64,000 bases of DNA from an uncultured Candidatus Poseidoniales archaeon (GCA_905181715.1 CAJIYT010000022.1:26466-90465), one strand, 5' to 3'; positions 9,383 through 25,399 are shown, counted from the stretch's first letter. The notes: generated from the letters alone by a model not told the origin. Numbers and translations are program-made.

Positions 9383-11905
9383 TCAATCCTGACGCTCGCC
9401 GGGCAGGGGTTCATCATCTGACTCATTATACGTGATCACTGATTTTGCTGATGATAGTTTTGTTATTTGCAACAGAAGGTTATCGACCAATTTCGGCCCC
9501 CACCCACGTAATGATTTCAGACGCGATAAATCCGTGGAACCCAATTCTAGTAACTCCTTTGGACTTCTAACTCCAAAGCCGGCCAAGGTTCGCGCCCGAG
9601 CTCGCCCTATACCTTTTACAGCCACTAAATCGAGTAGATCTTCGCGACAGCCAGCAGATATTCGTAGCCGTAATTTGTCTAGGAATTTTGCTAACTCCTG
9701 AACTGTTTCATCGTGTTGATCAGCAAAAACATCATCAGTAAGCAGTAACTCACGTGCTGCGTACATAAGCCATCTGAGTAATTCTACGCGGTGGTGAACA
9801 TCTCCCGGAGTAACTCCAATCAACTTCTCTATATCTCGCAACTCACATTCTTCATACCATTTCTCAATACACCAAGCACTCTTCACCAAGCCCAAATGCC
9901 CTTCTTCAAGAACCGTGTCGTGGAGAATCTCTTCTGTCATCAATGCTGCCTTGAGCCTTAGATCACTACCCTGCACCATATCCGAGGCTTTTGCCCAAAA
10001 GGAAGGGAAATCGGGGGTTGCAGCAGCGAGATGCACCAAACCAAATTCACTTACTGGGGCATGGCCTCTCACTTTTCTACGAATCGAACGACGTAAGCCT
10101 TTGAGAAGGATTGCCGCAGAAAGAGGGTCCAAGTATAATTGAGCAACCATTTTCCCCATTTGAGTTGCTTCGTAAGTAGATGCTAGAATCCGATGATGCT
10201 CGGAATAATGGTTTCCGACCGGACGACTGCTGGCTTTTGTAAAGCCAAAAGTAACCGGTGAACTCGAGTTCTCAACTAAATTAATCCCAGTTGCAGAAGA
10301 GGCAACGTCGGCCCAAATAGGCATATCATCAGACCAATTTTCTGTTAGATCAGGTAGTGAATCAACCAAATCTTCGTCAACACCAGTGCCTCTGATGAAC
10401 CGTTCCTCGACAAGCCAAGATAGGTTTTTATCGATGATTTCCGACAATCCAACCGACGGATAGGTCATTCCGAGAAAGGTCGAAGAAAAGAACTCCCCAA
10501 TCTCATGTCTTGAGCGAAGACCACCAGTAGCTATCATGGAAAGAAGATGGAAACGCAATGCTGGTTCGGCTGATAGTTTTGAAACTACATTTTCGACATC
10601 ACCATGGATATATCTTTCAGCGATATTGTCAGCGGTTTCGAGGCGATCTGCACCACGTGATAGAATCCAGGCTTGACCTTGATCATCATATCCGGGACGA
10701 CCTGCTCTGCCAAGCATCTGCCTAACTTCCATTACCGATATCAAACGGTTAAATCCATCTTGATACCTCTTGATATCCCTAACCAAGACCCTTCTAGCGG
10801 GTAGGTTTACCCCCGCTGCCAATGTTGGTGTTGCCACCAATCCAGCGAGATCTCCGCTCTTGAATGATGACTCGATTACCTTGCGCTGTGTGGTGGTTAA
10901 TCCAGCGTGATGGAAAGCGACACCACCCAATACCGCTTTAGCCAGAATATCACCCATTACTGATGATGAGGAACGGGATAATTTATCTGATAATTCTTGT
11001 AAGTTCGTCTTCCTCTCATCTGTGAGATGCTTAATCATACGTTCTGCCAATTTCCTCGCTTCTGATTGTGCACTCTTACGAGTGGAAACGAATACCAATA
11101 ACTGGCCGCCCTGTTCATCGACATCTTTGAGCGCTGCCCAAGTGGGCATGCTTTTTGGACCAGATAATTTACGCGGAGCAGACAATGCTGACGAGTCGGT
11201 TATCAGAGCGCTCTGTTGTATTGCTCTCGGTTCTAAATCCAATTCAGCCAGTGTCGAATACTCTAAACTAACCGGGCGCCATGATGAAACTATCAAATCC
11301 GCATCGAGCCATTTAGCCAATTCCTCGCCATTACCCACTGTAGCAGAGAGAGCAATCAACTGAGCAAGAGGCCTTATAGATTTGAGGCGCGTCAGATTAA
11401 TCTCTAAAGTCGGTCCCCGACTAGTATCGTTGAGTAAATGGAATTCATCGGCGACGATTACAGATACATCGGCAACGATATCTGGCCTATTACGCATTAA
11501 TGAATCGAGTTTTTCTGAGGTACAGACGATTATATCGGCATTACCGACATTGCGAGACTCCCCTGTAGCATCGCCTGTCCCAAGACCAACTGTAAGACCA
11601 ACTGCGTCTGCTAATTGTGAGAGATCATCATATTTCTCTGAGGCTAAAGCCTTTAGTGGCACGATATAAACCGCTCTGCTTCCTTTATCGGTAACCAATA
11701 GACGTTTCATAATCCCTAGAAATGCGACCAAACTCTTGCCACTGGCCGTGGGAATGCAGACCATGGTGTTTTTTCCTGATAAAATCGAATCTAGAGCTTT
11801 GGCCTGAGGGGGGTATAGTTCTTTTATCCCCCATGATTTAGCCACGAATTCTCCCACGTGTGGAGGTAGGTTCAGCGCAGAAATACTACGTTCTGGGCCA
11901 TCCAT
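9383..11905 (-). CDS. Hel308/Hjm Ski2-family DNA helicase
   Basis: Walker A PTASGKS, DEFH box, ATPTLAAGVNLPARRV motif VI region, ~840 aa with C-terminal HhH-like domain, typical of archaeal Hel308. Confidence 0.85.
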   Translation of the reverse strand: MDGPERSISALNLPPHVGEFVAKSWGIKELYPPQAKALDSILSGKNTMVCIPTASGKSLVAFLGIMKRLLVTDKGSRAVYIVPLKALASEKYDDLSQLADAVGLTVGLGTGDATGESRNVGNADIIVCTSEKLDSLMRNRPDIVADVSVIVADEFHLLNDTSRGPTLEINLTRLKSIRPLAQLIALSATVGNGEELAKWLDADLIVSSWRPVSLEYSTLAELDLEPRAIQQSALITDSSALSAPRKLSGPKSMPTWAALKDVDEQGGQLLVFVSTRKSAQSEARKLAERMIKHLTDERKTNLQELSDKLSRSSSSVMGDILAKAVLGGVAFHHAGLTTTQRKVIESSFKSGDLAGLVATPTLAAGVNLPARRVLVRDIKRYQDGFNRLISVMEVRQMLGRAGRPGYDDQGQAWILSRGADRLETADNIAERYIHGDVENVVSKLSAEPALRFHLLSMIATGGLRSRHEIGEFFSSTFLGMTYPSVGLSEIIDKNLSWLVEERFIRGTGVDEDLVDSLPDLTENWSDDMPIWADVASSATGINLVENSSSPVTFGFTKASSRPVGNHYSEHHRILASTYEATQMGKMVAQLYLDPLSAAILLKGLRRSIRRKVRGHAPVSEFGLVHLAAATPDFPSFWAKASDMVQGSDLRLKAALMTEEILHDTVLEEGHLGLVKSAWCIEKWYEECELRDIEKLIGVTPGDVHHRVELLRWLMYAARELLLTDDVFADQHDETVQELAKFLDKLRLRISAGCREDLLDLVAVKGIGRARARTLAGFGVRSPKELLELGSTDLSRLKSLRGWGPKLVDNLLLQITKLSSAKSVITYNESDDEPLPGERQD

Positions 11906-12012
11906 GGAATACCACGACAGTCAACAGTCCAAAAGGTCAACGCATGGATTGTCAAAATCTCAATTGGAATCAATCGACATGCTCAAGGAGTCAACACCAC
12001 TGTAACAACCTC

Positions 12013-12669
12013 ATGGGCGATGAACCATCTGCTGTTGATGACCGACTCTCGGTATTCGAAGATGAACCTGATTTGAACGATTGGTTCGAGGTTATTTGTG
12101 GTTCAGCAATGGCTGTAATAGGTATTTTCCAACTGATATCACCTGGTGATTTAGTAGATCAAGATGTGATGCGATGGTTCGCTGCGGCCGTGGTTTGTGC
12201 TGGTGCAGCATGGGCTGGCCACGGACTGAAGGATATGGCGGTCAAAGAAGTCCGTAAGTCAATAGTAATGCTTGAACTGGGTAAGAAGCAAGGTAGTGTC
12301 GACCACGGACTTATCCGCGATGTTCTACTTCACCCTGAAGCATACCAAGATTTCCTCCTCACAGAATATGAGAAGGCTTTCTCTGATGGCGTTATTACCG
12401 ACGAAGAACTAGATGAACTCAAGACTTTCCAAAGAGCACTTGGAATCAGTGACCAAGCAGGGGCAGAGATGGCTCTCAATGCAGCGATTAAGTCGGCATT
12501 AGATGATGGTCACGTAACAGATACTGAAGCAGTTATGCTAGAGAAGGCAGCAAAGAATGCTGGAATCGACAAAGAGGGTGTAAAGAAGTTACACGATGCT
12601 CTCTCTGACGGTGTTCTCGACGAAGAGGATAAGAAACTCCTCGAAGAATTACTTTCAGAAGAGGAATGA
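12013..12669 (+). CDS. Membrane-anchored protein with three TerB/EF-hand-like repeats and acidic tail
   Basis: N-terminal hydrophobic helix pair; repeats SDGVITDEELDEL / DDGHVTDTEAVML / SDGVLDEEDKKLL. Start moved to the internal ATG at 12013 so that it does not overlap the hel308 5' end. Confidence 0.4.
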   Translation: MGDEPSAVDDRLSVFEDEPDLNDWFEVICGSAMAVIGIFQLISPGDLVDQDVMRWFAAAVVCAGAAWAGHGLKDMAVKEVRKSIVMLELGKKQGSVDHGLIRDVLLHPEAYQDFLLTEYEKAFSDGVITDEELDELKTFQRALGISDQAGAEMALNAAIKSALDDGHVTDTEAVMLEKAAKNAGIDKEGVKKLHDALSDGVLDEEDKKLLEELLSEEE

Positions 12670-12672
12670 TAA

Positions 12673-14688
12673 TCAATTCCATTTAGAGATAACAATCTCT
12701 TGGAATAGGTTACGTGCGGTTCTTCGCCTTAGCCTCTCTAATGTAATGGCAGCAATACTTGCTATTACACCAAAGATGAATATTACGCGAAATGATTCAA
12801 CCAAGCCGTTGACTGGCTTTACTCCAGATGAAGAAGGCGTTTCAAAAGAATTCGGCGGGTCGCTGAATTGTATATCGGTTTGCAAAACATCCAAAGTACA
12901 ATCACAAAGAGAAAACACTCTTTTCAAGGGATATAGAGCTTGTTGGAATCCAGTCCAATCAGACTCAGAGATATCGCTAGGACGTGTTGCCCAAATTGGA
13001 GCAGTGCTAGGACCTGCTGCTTTGGTTTTCACCATATCAAGATCTAGGTGAACAACAGATGAATCTGGTACTTTATCCACGATGAGCAACGATTCAAGCA
13101 TTATCAAATCGAGAACGATGGCCCTTCCGGCTAATAAGATGAAGTTTACAGTATGTTCGTCAAGCAAACCGTCTGCAGTCGTACTAGCGCCATTATCCCT
13201 AGCAGCAGAAAATATAATTTGTTCTAGATCTAAACCATCAAATTCGGTTGAATGCAATTGCCAGCGCCCATCTTCTAGTGGATAGGCAGCATCAACTTCC
13301 ATCCGCAAGCGTAGAGTTCCACCATCCATTATCCCCCACGTAGAGCCTGAGTGCACAGCATAGGTCGATTCAGGAGTATCTGGGTGAGAGACATCCCATA
13401 ATTGTTGTAACCTAGCAGATATCAAATCATCGAGTGTAGATTCATCGTCTTGTTGGACTTCACCTGCTATAGACCAAAGTGGTTGGAGGATGCCGCCAAG
13501 AATTATTAATAAAATCCCTGGAACAAATAGTCCCAATCTTAGACCCATCGATGTCGTTTGATGACGTAATTCAATCACTAATCCCAAAAGCAGCAATATC
13601 GCTAATAGCAGCAATATTGAGTGCCCAGATGAAGATATTTCCTCGCTTTGAGATATATCACCGATGAGAACTGCTCCAGCAGGATACATTACATCACCAT
13701 CAAAACCACCAGGATCGGTCGATCCAAGGACTTCATAGGACAATTGTCCAATCCAAGAATATGGCTGAAAAGAGCCACTTTCCCCAGCTAAGCAAAAAGT
13801 GTAAGAACCCAATGGCAAATCCCGCCATTGCATTTTCACCCGCACTACGCTATCCTCAGATTCTGTAATTACATCTGGTGAACGGGCTTGTTTCCCATCT
13901 GCCATATAAAGATCAAATTGGTTATGTTTTTGCGCTATTTCGGTTGGAACTTCATCCCAGTCGATGATAATACTCATAATCTCATGGTCATCTACTTCAA
14001 ATTTCCAACAATCACGATCATTTTCCAATAGAGCGCCTTCATGGAAATCTGACAGAAAGCTTTCAACTGGTGCTGCGTAACTCGAGGGTTCGTCGACGTT
14101 ACGTGAATTCATATCTTCTGACCAAGCAATATCCAGCTCAAAAAAGGTTGAACCGCGTAATCTTATCTCCCAATCACCGGGCGACTCAATAGTTAATTCT
14201 AGGATGATTCTAACATCATCTCCAGGCCATAATATTCTTTGATCACCTAAATTTAAGGCACCATCTTCAACCCGATACGGTTCTACACTTGGAGATGGGG
14301 TTTGTGACCCCTCAAAGGAAACCAATGTATTCGTATTACCGATAATAATGGTAGCATCTAGTTCAGGACGCCATTCTCCGCCTGCGTTCGACACCATTTT
14401 CAAATCTATTTCCAGTATTTCATAATTCTCAGGAAGTAAAACCACTTGTTCTTGAGGTGCCATCATCAAGAATTCTAAAATCACGGTCTGTGGAGTAACG
14501 GGGGATGCTTGCGTAACTGTTCCAGTAATCATTTCCTCACCGGTTGGAACTGGAGTAAGGCTACATTCATCATCATCGAAGCAAGAGAAGAGTAATCTCT
14601 GTTCATCATCTGCTTCAGAAAGGGATGCTCCTGCCACATCAAAGACCAACAATAGTAGTGAAAGTACTACCATGGTCTGCAGACGCAT
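12673..14688 (-). CDS. Large exported/membrane protein (signal peptide, internal and C-terminal TM helices)
   Basis: N-terminal signal peptide MRLQTMVVLSLLLLVFDVAGA, two central TM helices and a C-terminal TM anchor followed by a basic tail; no catalytic motif. Confidence 0.45.
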   Translation of the reverse strand: MRLQTMVVLSLLLLVFDVAGASLSEADDEQRLLFSCFDDDECSLTPVPTGEEMITGTVTQASPVTPQTVILEFLMMAPQEQVVLLPENYEILEIDLKMVSNAGGEWRPELDATIIIGNTNTLVSFEGSQTPSPSVEPYRVEDGALNLGDQRILWPGDDVRIILELTIESPGDWEIRLRGSTFFELDIAWSEDMNSRNVDEPSSYAAPVESFLSDFHEGALLENDRDCWKFEVDDHEIMSIIIDWDEVPTEIAQKHNQFDLYMADGKQARSPDVITESEDSVVRVKMQWRDLPLGSYTFCLAGESGSFQPYSWIGQLSYEVLGSTDPGGFDGDVMYPAGAVLIGDISQSEEISSSGHSILLLLAILLLLGLVIELRHQTTSMGLRLGLFVPGILLIILGGILQPLWSIAGEVQQDDESTLDDLISARLQQLWDVSHPDTPESTYAVHSGSTWGIMDGGTLRLRMEVDAAYPLEDGRWQLHSTEFDGLDLEQIIFSAARDNGASTTADGLLDEHTVNFILLAGRAIVLDLIMLESLLIVDKVPDSSVVHLDLDMVKTKAAGPSTAPIWATRPSDISESDWTGFQQALYPLKRVFSLCDCTLDVLQTDIQFSDPPNSFETPSSSGVKPVNGLVESFRVIFIFGVIASIAAITLERLRRRTARNLFQEIVISKWN

Positions 14689-14719
14689 GACTCGTGACTT
14701 TAGCCATCATTGATGAGTC

Positions 14720-15253
14720 CTACGTAGTATTGGTTACATCTTGCAATACTTTGCCACATTTTCGACATTGGTAACGACCATTGCTCCGCCTTTGACGATA
14801 ATGTGAAACGCTACACTTCGCACAACGCCAAATCCACTGTGCACGATTTTCAGACATTTCTGTGGTAAATGAACGGCCCATCTCTTTGGCCTCTTTACTT
14901 GGCCAAAGTGATTCTAAACTGTAGAAAGCTGAATCGTGTTTGATATTTCCCAAAGCGTGCAAATACTCATGAAACAATACTTTAGCACCATATGCCAACC
15001 ATTTTTCGGTTAGCAATTGTGGGTGTAAATCGATAGTGTCTACCTTTTTAGAAACTAAAGGAGGGCTACTGCCTAGCTTCCATCTAGTAACTCCATGCCG
15101 CCGTGTAGCATTACTTCGCAGCACTCCGAGCGTGATTGGCTTCAGTTCTGCTAATTCGCTTGAACTCCATATATCCAATGTTGCCATCACTTCAAAAACA
15201 ATGTTCCTGATGTCTTCAAGCCCTCGACTTTGAGTTTGGTTTGCTTTTACCAC
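14720..15253 (-). CDS. Small zinc metallopeptidase (HExxHxxGxxH metzincin-type motif; archaemetzincin/SprT-like) with C-terminal C4 zinc ribbon
   Basis: HEYLHALGNIKHD motif followed by CAKC...CRKC; 177 aa. Confidence 0.5.
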   Translation of the reverse strand: MVKANQTQSRGLEDIRNIVFEVMATLDIWSSSELAELKPITLGVLRSNATRRHGVTRWKLGSSPPLVSKKVDTIDLHPQLLTEKWLAYGAKVLFHEYLHALGNIKHDSAFYSLESLWPSKEAKEMGRSFTTEMSENRAQWIWRCAKCSVSHYRQRRSNGRYQCRKCGKVLQDVTNTT

Positions 15254-15257
15254 GGCC

Positions 15258-15722
15258 TCACGACCAACGGTGATAGGCAGGATGACCTTCTTTTACCGCT
15301 ACAAAAAGGCCTTTACCAGTGGCGCAAAGCTTCCCTTCTGCCATCAGCAACATCGATATCTCTGCTCGATCATCACTCAGAGATTCAACTTGGGAGGTAA
15401 TGTGTAGTTCACAACCGTGCGGTGTGGGTCGACGTAATTTTATCTCATAAGAGGCAGTGACAGTACAAGGTGGTTCAACTGCACCATCCTTGTCCATTAA
15501 TGCAACAGCTGCAGTCCAATTGCCATGACAATCAAGAAGAGTACCGATTATACCTCCATTTACCATTCCAGGGAATGCCTGATGTTCTTGTTCAGGAGTA
15601 TAACGTAACTCTAAACCGTTTTCAATACGATAGGAGTCGATTTGCAAACCTTTCTCGTTAGCTGGACCGCAGCCAAAACAAATCGATGTTGCTGCAAATT
15701 GTCTTTGTACACCATCTGCCAT
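15258..15722 (-). CDS. Hotdog-fold thioesterase (PaaI/4HBT-like)
   Basis: 154 aa; FGCGPANEKGLQI and GMVNGGIIGTLLD resemble the PaaI-type thioesterase core. Confidence 0.55.
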   Translation of the reverse strand: MADGVQRQFAATSICFGCGPANEKGLQIDSYRIENGLELRYTPEQEHQAFPGMVNGGIIGTLLDCHGNWTAAVALMDKDGAVEPPCTVTASYEIKLRRPTPHGCELHITSQVESLSDDRAEISMLLMAEGKLCATGKGLFVAVKEGHPAYHRWS

Positions 15723-15795
15723 GGCCTTTGGATTGTAAGGTAGTGCATCATCATGCCGCCATCACCTTGATTGCATACTGAATGATGGCAGGGCT

Positions 15796-17118
15796 GTGGC
15801 CAAGAAGAAACGGACCGTGCGCATTGCCCATGAATTGCCACGTGACCGTAGAATAGCCATCAAAAAAGCCCTTGAAGATCATGAAACCGAAACTCGTTCT
15901 GACTGGGACAGAGAAAATGAGTGGAAGCAAATTCGCTTTTGCCGTAAAATCATCAAACCAGGTCAATTACGAACCGTAGAAATGCCCTTACTCAATGTCT
16001 CTCTTGGCGATAAATGGCCAATTTCAGTGACTATAATTCATGGTAAAAGACCGGGACCTGTCGTCACAATTCTCGGAGCGATTCACGGTGATGAACTAAC
16101 CGGGACAAGTGCTTGTACCAATCTTTTGTCACCAAAGTTCACTGGTCCAGAGGGTTCCCTAAACCCCAATACCGTCGCAGGTACTATTCGTATCGTCCCC
16201 GTAGTCAATCTGCCGGGATATCGAGAAAAGTCACGTTACTTCCCTGATGGCAGAGATTTGAATCGGAATTTTCCGGGAAGATCTAAGGGTAGTACTACAA
16301 GTCGTGTTGCCAGTCAATTATGGCATAATCTGATCAAGAGTAGCGATGTGATAATCGATATGCACTCTGCGGCTAAAGGTCGCTCAAATATGCCACAGAT
16401 AAGGGCTGATCTCTCACATCCTGAATCCAATCTATTGGCCAAGGCGTTCGGAATTGAATTGATTCTCGACAGTAGACCTCCAAAGGGTAGTTTGCGACAA
16501 AAGGCCAATGCTAACGACATCGCTTCGATAACATACGAAGGTGGCGGCGCTGATCTACTCGACCAGCAAGCCGTTGGTGTTGCAGTGCACGGTTGCATGA
16601 ATGTTCTAAGAAAATTGAAAGTAATTCCAGGAAACCCACATCGGCCTAAATTCCGATTGAATGCCGGTGGATCGAAATGGTTGAGAGCAGGAGAAGGGGG
16701 GTTGTTAGATATGTTTGTCAAACCGGGTAGCATCGTTGAGCGTGGAGACGTATTAGCAACTATTTCCGACCCAAATAGCCCTGGACTTCTTGTCGATATC
16801 GTCGCTCCTGAAGATGGTTTAATGATTTGTACTGCGACCAATCCATTCGTAACCGCAGGAACTCCAGTCGCACATTTCCTCCCTGTTTCCAAGCACATTG
16901 AATTGATAAAAACCCAAATCGCCACCGATGGGACGTTAATCGTCAGTGGTAGCTTAGGCGAACCGATTTGGCGCGAAGATGATGAGGTCGAAGAAGTCGA
17001 AGTCGGAGGAGAATGGTCTGTTGGTGGTGTTGACGCTGAGTGGAATATTGAAACTGCTGCCGACAATGACGATGATGAAGATGTCGGAGAGACCTCACCT
17101 CAGAAAAGTGCAGTCTGA
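15796..17118 (+). CDS. Succinylglutamate desuccinylase/aspartoacylase (AstE/AspA) family zinc hydrolase with acidic C-terminal tail
   Basis: ILGAIHGDELTG zinc-ligand motif and DMHS later in the protein; C-terminal tail rich in E/D. Confidence 0.6.
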   Translation: MAKKKRTVRIAHELPRDRRIAIKKALEDHETETRSDWDRENEWKQIRFCRKIIKPGQLRTVEMPLLNVSLGDKWPISVTIIHGKRPGPVVTILGAIHGDELTGTSACTNLLSPKFTGPEGSLNPNTVAGTIRIVPVVNLPGYREKSRYFPDGRDLNRNFPGRSKGSTTSRVASQLWHNLIKSSDVIIDMHSAAKGRSNMPQIRADLSHPESNLLAKAFGIELILDSRPPKGSLRQKANANDIASITYEGGGADLLDQQAVGVAVHGCMNVLRKLKVIPGNPHRPKFRLNAGGSKWLRAGEGGLLDMFVKPGSIVERGDVLATISDPNSPGLLVDIVAPEDGLMICTATNPFVTAGTPVAHFLPVSKHIELIKTQIATDGTLIVSGSLGEPIWREDDEVEEVEVGGEWSVGGVDAEWNIETAADNDDDEDVGETSPQKSAV

Positions 17119-17129
17119 AACGCTGGTTT

Positions 17130-18460
17130 TCAACTTGAAAAAGAGGCGATTACAGCCTCTAACTCGGAGTCTTCCATCAGACGGCGTTGACTTTTAGCAA
17201 CATCAAAAATATGAGAAACTAGGTCATCGCTTGCTTCAATACCTCGGTTCTCTAACCACCAGACAATATTCGAGCGACCAGACATATGACCGATGCGAAT
17301 CTTTTGTTGCAATCCGAATTCACCGGCAGGGACGCCAGAATAAACTCTATCTGCAAGCCAATGATCACCTTTCTTCATCGCTTTGATGACCGCACTAGCA
17401 TGAACTCCAGTTCCGGTTTCAAAGGCGTCTTTCCCAAAGACTGGATAATTACGTGGAAGAGGTACCTCAATGTATTCATTGGCCTTTTTCATATATTCAT
17501 CGAGTAAGGTTAAATCATTGTTAATAATTCCCATAAGTGAAAAGTTAACTAAAGTTTGATCCAATGGTGCATTGCCTGCCCTCTCACCGATACCTAATGC
17601 AGTACCGTGAATCACATCGGCACCAGCTTCTACCGCTGCGATATTGTTGGCCACACCTAGACCTCTGTCCTGATGCCCGTGCCAATTAACCTCTATCTCT
17701 CGCCTCTGGTAGCCACCGTCTTTAATGACTTCTTCATCGATAAATGAAAGTAATTTCTTGACGCCATTTGGTGTCACATGGCCACAGGTATCGCAAATAC
17801 AGAGCCTGCGTACTCCTAATTCCATAGCGCGATGGTAAATCTTCTTGATATCTTCAGGTTTTGAACGCGTTGTATCTTCGGTGACAAACATCACTGGTAC
17901 ATCATTGTCAACCGCATATGATACTGCCTTTTCCATAGTTGAAAGCAGTTTATCCATTGTCCAACCCTCTGCAAATTGGCGGATTGGACTAGTGCCAAGA
18001 AATGCACTCGCTTGAATCTCCATCTCGTATTTGGCTTGTAAATCAACCAAAGGTTCAATGTCACCCATTAAGGTTCTAACCGCACATCCTGGACGAATCG
18101 AATAATCATTCTCCTTGATGTGACCAAGCAATGCTTCGATGTGCTCAAGATGGAATGGTCCTGCTCCTGGTAGTCCAAGGTCTACTTTTTGCATACCCAA
18201 TCTCTCCATGTAAGAGAGTAATTCTATTTTTTCAGGGATGGTAGGATTACGCGCACTTGGGCTTTGTAATCCGTCACGAAGGGTTTCATCATCGAACCAA
18301 ACGCCATGAGGATGGTTTTTGGCATCCCGTGAAAAATCATAATCAACTACATTCCAATCGAATATCAAGTCATTTTCATTCATCGATAACTCACCTAAAG
18401 GCTGTGCGGCCCATGGGAGGAGAATAGCCTCAACGGTTTGAACCCGTCGGATTTTTCTAC

Positions 18461-18464
<4 letters not shown>
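17130..18464 (-). CDS. 2-isopropylmalate synthase / homocitrate synthase family enzyme (DRE-TIM HMGL-like)
   Basis: [18 protein letters not shown] and [40 protein letters not shown] motifs; lacks the LeuA allosteric domain (444 aa). Confidence 0.7.
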
Positions 18465-23447
<4,983 letters not shown>

Positions 23448-23454
23448 TTAAAAG
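23448..23454 (+). promoter_or_regulatory. TATA-box-like element (TTAAAAG) for aroD, consistent with a leaderless transcript
   Basis: A/T hexamer about 22 nt upstream of the aroD ATG, preceded by a purine-rich BRE-like aaagggg. Confidence 0.25.
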
Positions 23455-23472
23455 TGCTAATTAGGCGGTTAA

Positions 23473-24342
23473 ATGTCTCATCTCATCGACTTGATTAATC
23501 GGAGATGGGCCGTAATCGTTAATGAAGCAATCCGAGTCGCCCGAATCATGTCCGGACCCCAAATCTGCGTGTCGCTTGATGGCACATCTCTTGAAAGCAT
23601 CACAGATGAGTCTGCAAGAGCGAACCTCGCTGGCGCTGATATGGTCGAAGTTCGCTTTGATCGCTTATACTTGATTCAGCCCGACCCCACTATATCAGAA
23701 GAAGAAGAGGGAGAGCCTCAGAAACTGCCACCAGAGGACGAATGGGCCTTGAAAGATGTAGAGGAAGTTGAGGTTGAAGCATCGATTAAAGCACTAAAGA
23801 AGGCATTGCCATTACCTGTGGTATTCACTGTCAGACCCGTATCCGAAGGAGGATTCTATCCAGGAATAGAATCCCAAAGATTGGCCATTCTTGAAGCGGC
23901 TATCGAATCTGATGTTTCTTGGATCGACCTCGAACTGAGTATCGAAGATGATGCAAGGTCTTCATTGATGGAAAAAGCCACTGCCAAGGGAATCAAAATT
24001 ATCGCTAGTAAACATGATACCAATGGCATGCCAACACAGCAAGACATCATTGACCTAGTCGCAGAAAATCAAGACAAAGGAGAACTCGTCAAGTTTTGTG
24101 GCACATCTCGTGACCACGGTGATGCTCTGCAAATCGTAAATGCTGCTGAAGAACTAAAAGACAGTGGCCATGGATTCAGCCTTATGTCCCTGAATAATGG
24201 TGGCGATTGGGGCCGACTTCATGCACCGATCTTCAACCAGAATCTCGTTTATGCAACAATGCAAAACGAATTCCGCCTTTCAGATAAGGGCCTAGTAAAT
24301 ATTAGAGACCTCAAAGAAGCGTGGACTCTGCTAGAGTATTAA
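23473..24342 (+). CDS. aroD: 3-dehydroquinate dehydratase, type I
   Basis: TIM-barrel type I DHQase-like blocks (MVEVRFD, PVVFTVRP, KIIASKHD with the Schiff-base Lys context); 289 aa. Confidence 0.55.
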   Translation: MSHLIDLINRRWAVIVNEAIRVARIMSGPQICVSLDGTSLESITDESARANLAGADMVEVRFDRLYLIQPDPTISEEEEGEPQKLPPEDEWALKDVEEVEVEASIKALKKALPLPVVFTVRPVSEGGFYPGIESQRLAILEAAIESDVSWIDLELSIEDDARSSLMEKATAKGIKIIASKHDTNGMPTQQDIIDLVAENQDKGELVKFCGTSRDHGDALQIVNAAEELKDSGHGFSLMSLNNGGDWGRLHAPIFNQNLVYATMQNEFRLSDKGLVNIRDLKEAWTLLEY

Positions 24343-24352
24343 TCTAGCTGAG

Positions 24353-25399
24353 TTAGCTTTTTTCCTGTTCTAAGGAAGGCATCAATTTCGCTGCATCACC
24401 AGTTTGATTTATCTCTAAACCAGCACCCATGTATTTGCGATTCATCACGAATGGTGTGATTAATACTGCTATCATCGTCGACATGCAGGTTAGAGAAACC
24501 GTCCAATTAGGCAACACAGTGCCTCTCTCTTCTACGATGATAGTCACATCGGCTACTGTGACCACACCTGGGGAGGGAGCGTCATTTTGATGATCGTTAT
24601 CCCATGTATCAACAACAACGTAAAATTGCTCCCATTGCGAATCTCCCCAAAGATTCGAATGGACCTCAGGTCCATCGAGTGATACTGAAAAGGTCACTTC
24701 ATCAATCGATTCATACAAGTGGGAATCCCTATATGTGTCCCATCCTAATATGTTGAAACTACGCCATTCAGGAGGTATGTCACTCGTTGCACCCATCTCG
24801 TCATAATAGTTGCTAAACGATTGACCATAAGTTGTTGTATAACGGTCCCATTCTGTCGACGTAAGCAGGTAAACATCGCCTTTAACGGCTGAATAATTGC
24901 CATTATCTAAACCCTGTAAAGTAACACAAAACGTGCTACGGTGTGATGATGAAAGGTTCACCACATAGGCGCCAACACTATTATTTCCAATAACCATAGT
25001 CGCTCTAATATTCTCCTGCAAAGGTTCCAATGTCCAGAAATTATTATTTTTCATCCACGATTCTTCGGGTTCCTCAGTATCATCGATTATGACCGTATCT
25101 TCGAATGGCTGTGAAGACATATCGTCACCACCTCTACGACGATTATCACCCTCCCAGTCCTCATAATACCAATCATTGGAAGATGAAGGAGTGATGGCAA
25201 CCCTACTTACGGTCTCATTCCAACGCACGGAAGGAATCTCCCCGCTACAATTGCTCGCAGCCTCTACTGCTGGCAAAGGGTCAAGAGCAGAGGGCATCAA
25301 TGGCAAAAGCATAGCCAAGACGAAAATTGAAACCAACTTTGCTCGCATGCCTGCCCCCCTATACGGATATGAGACGTCAAGGCTTGAAGGTCTTTTCAT
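24353..25399 (-). CDS. Exported surface protein (signal peptide, many N-x-S/T sequons, C-terminal TM anchor)
   Basis: N-terminal hydrophobic signal and C-terminal TM helix; start overlaps the stop of the upstream giant protease gene by 1 nt. Confidence 0.45.
   Translation of the reverse strand: MKRPSSLDVSYPYRGAGMRAKLVSIFVLAMLLPLMPSALDPLPAVEAASNCSGEIPSVRWNETVSRVAITPSSSNDWYYEDWEGDNRRRGGDDMSSQPFEDTVIIDDTEEPEESWMKNNNFWTLEPLQENIRATMVIGNNSVGAYVVNLSSSHRSTFCVTLQGLDNGNYSAVKGDVYLLTSTEWDRYTTTYGQSFSNYYDEMGATSDIPPEWRSFNILGWDTYRDSHLYESIDEVTFSVSLDGPEVHSNLWGDSQWEQFYVVVDTWDNDHQNDAPSPGVVTVADVTIIVEERGTVLPNWTVSLTCMSTMIAVLITPFVMNRKYMGAGLEINQTGDAAKLMPSLEQEKS

Noticed and set aside
11860-12012. Long 5' extension of the 12013..12669 gene overlapping the hel308 start
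   Set aside because: The extension is Gln/Asn/Cys-rich with no hydrophobic or structural pattern and would overlap hel308 by 45 nt; the internal ATG at 12013 gives a sensible TM-anchored product.
16314-17066. 250-aa ORF antisense to the AstE/AspA-family gene
   Set aside because: Ser/Thr/Pro-rich low-complexity translation, fully embedded antisense in a gene with clear motifs; typical shadow ORF.
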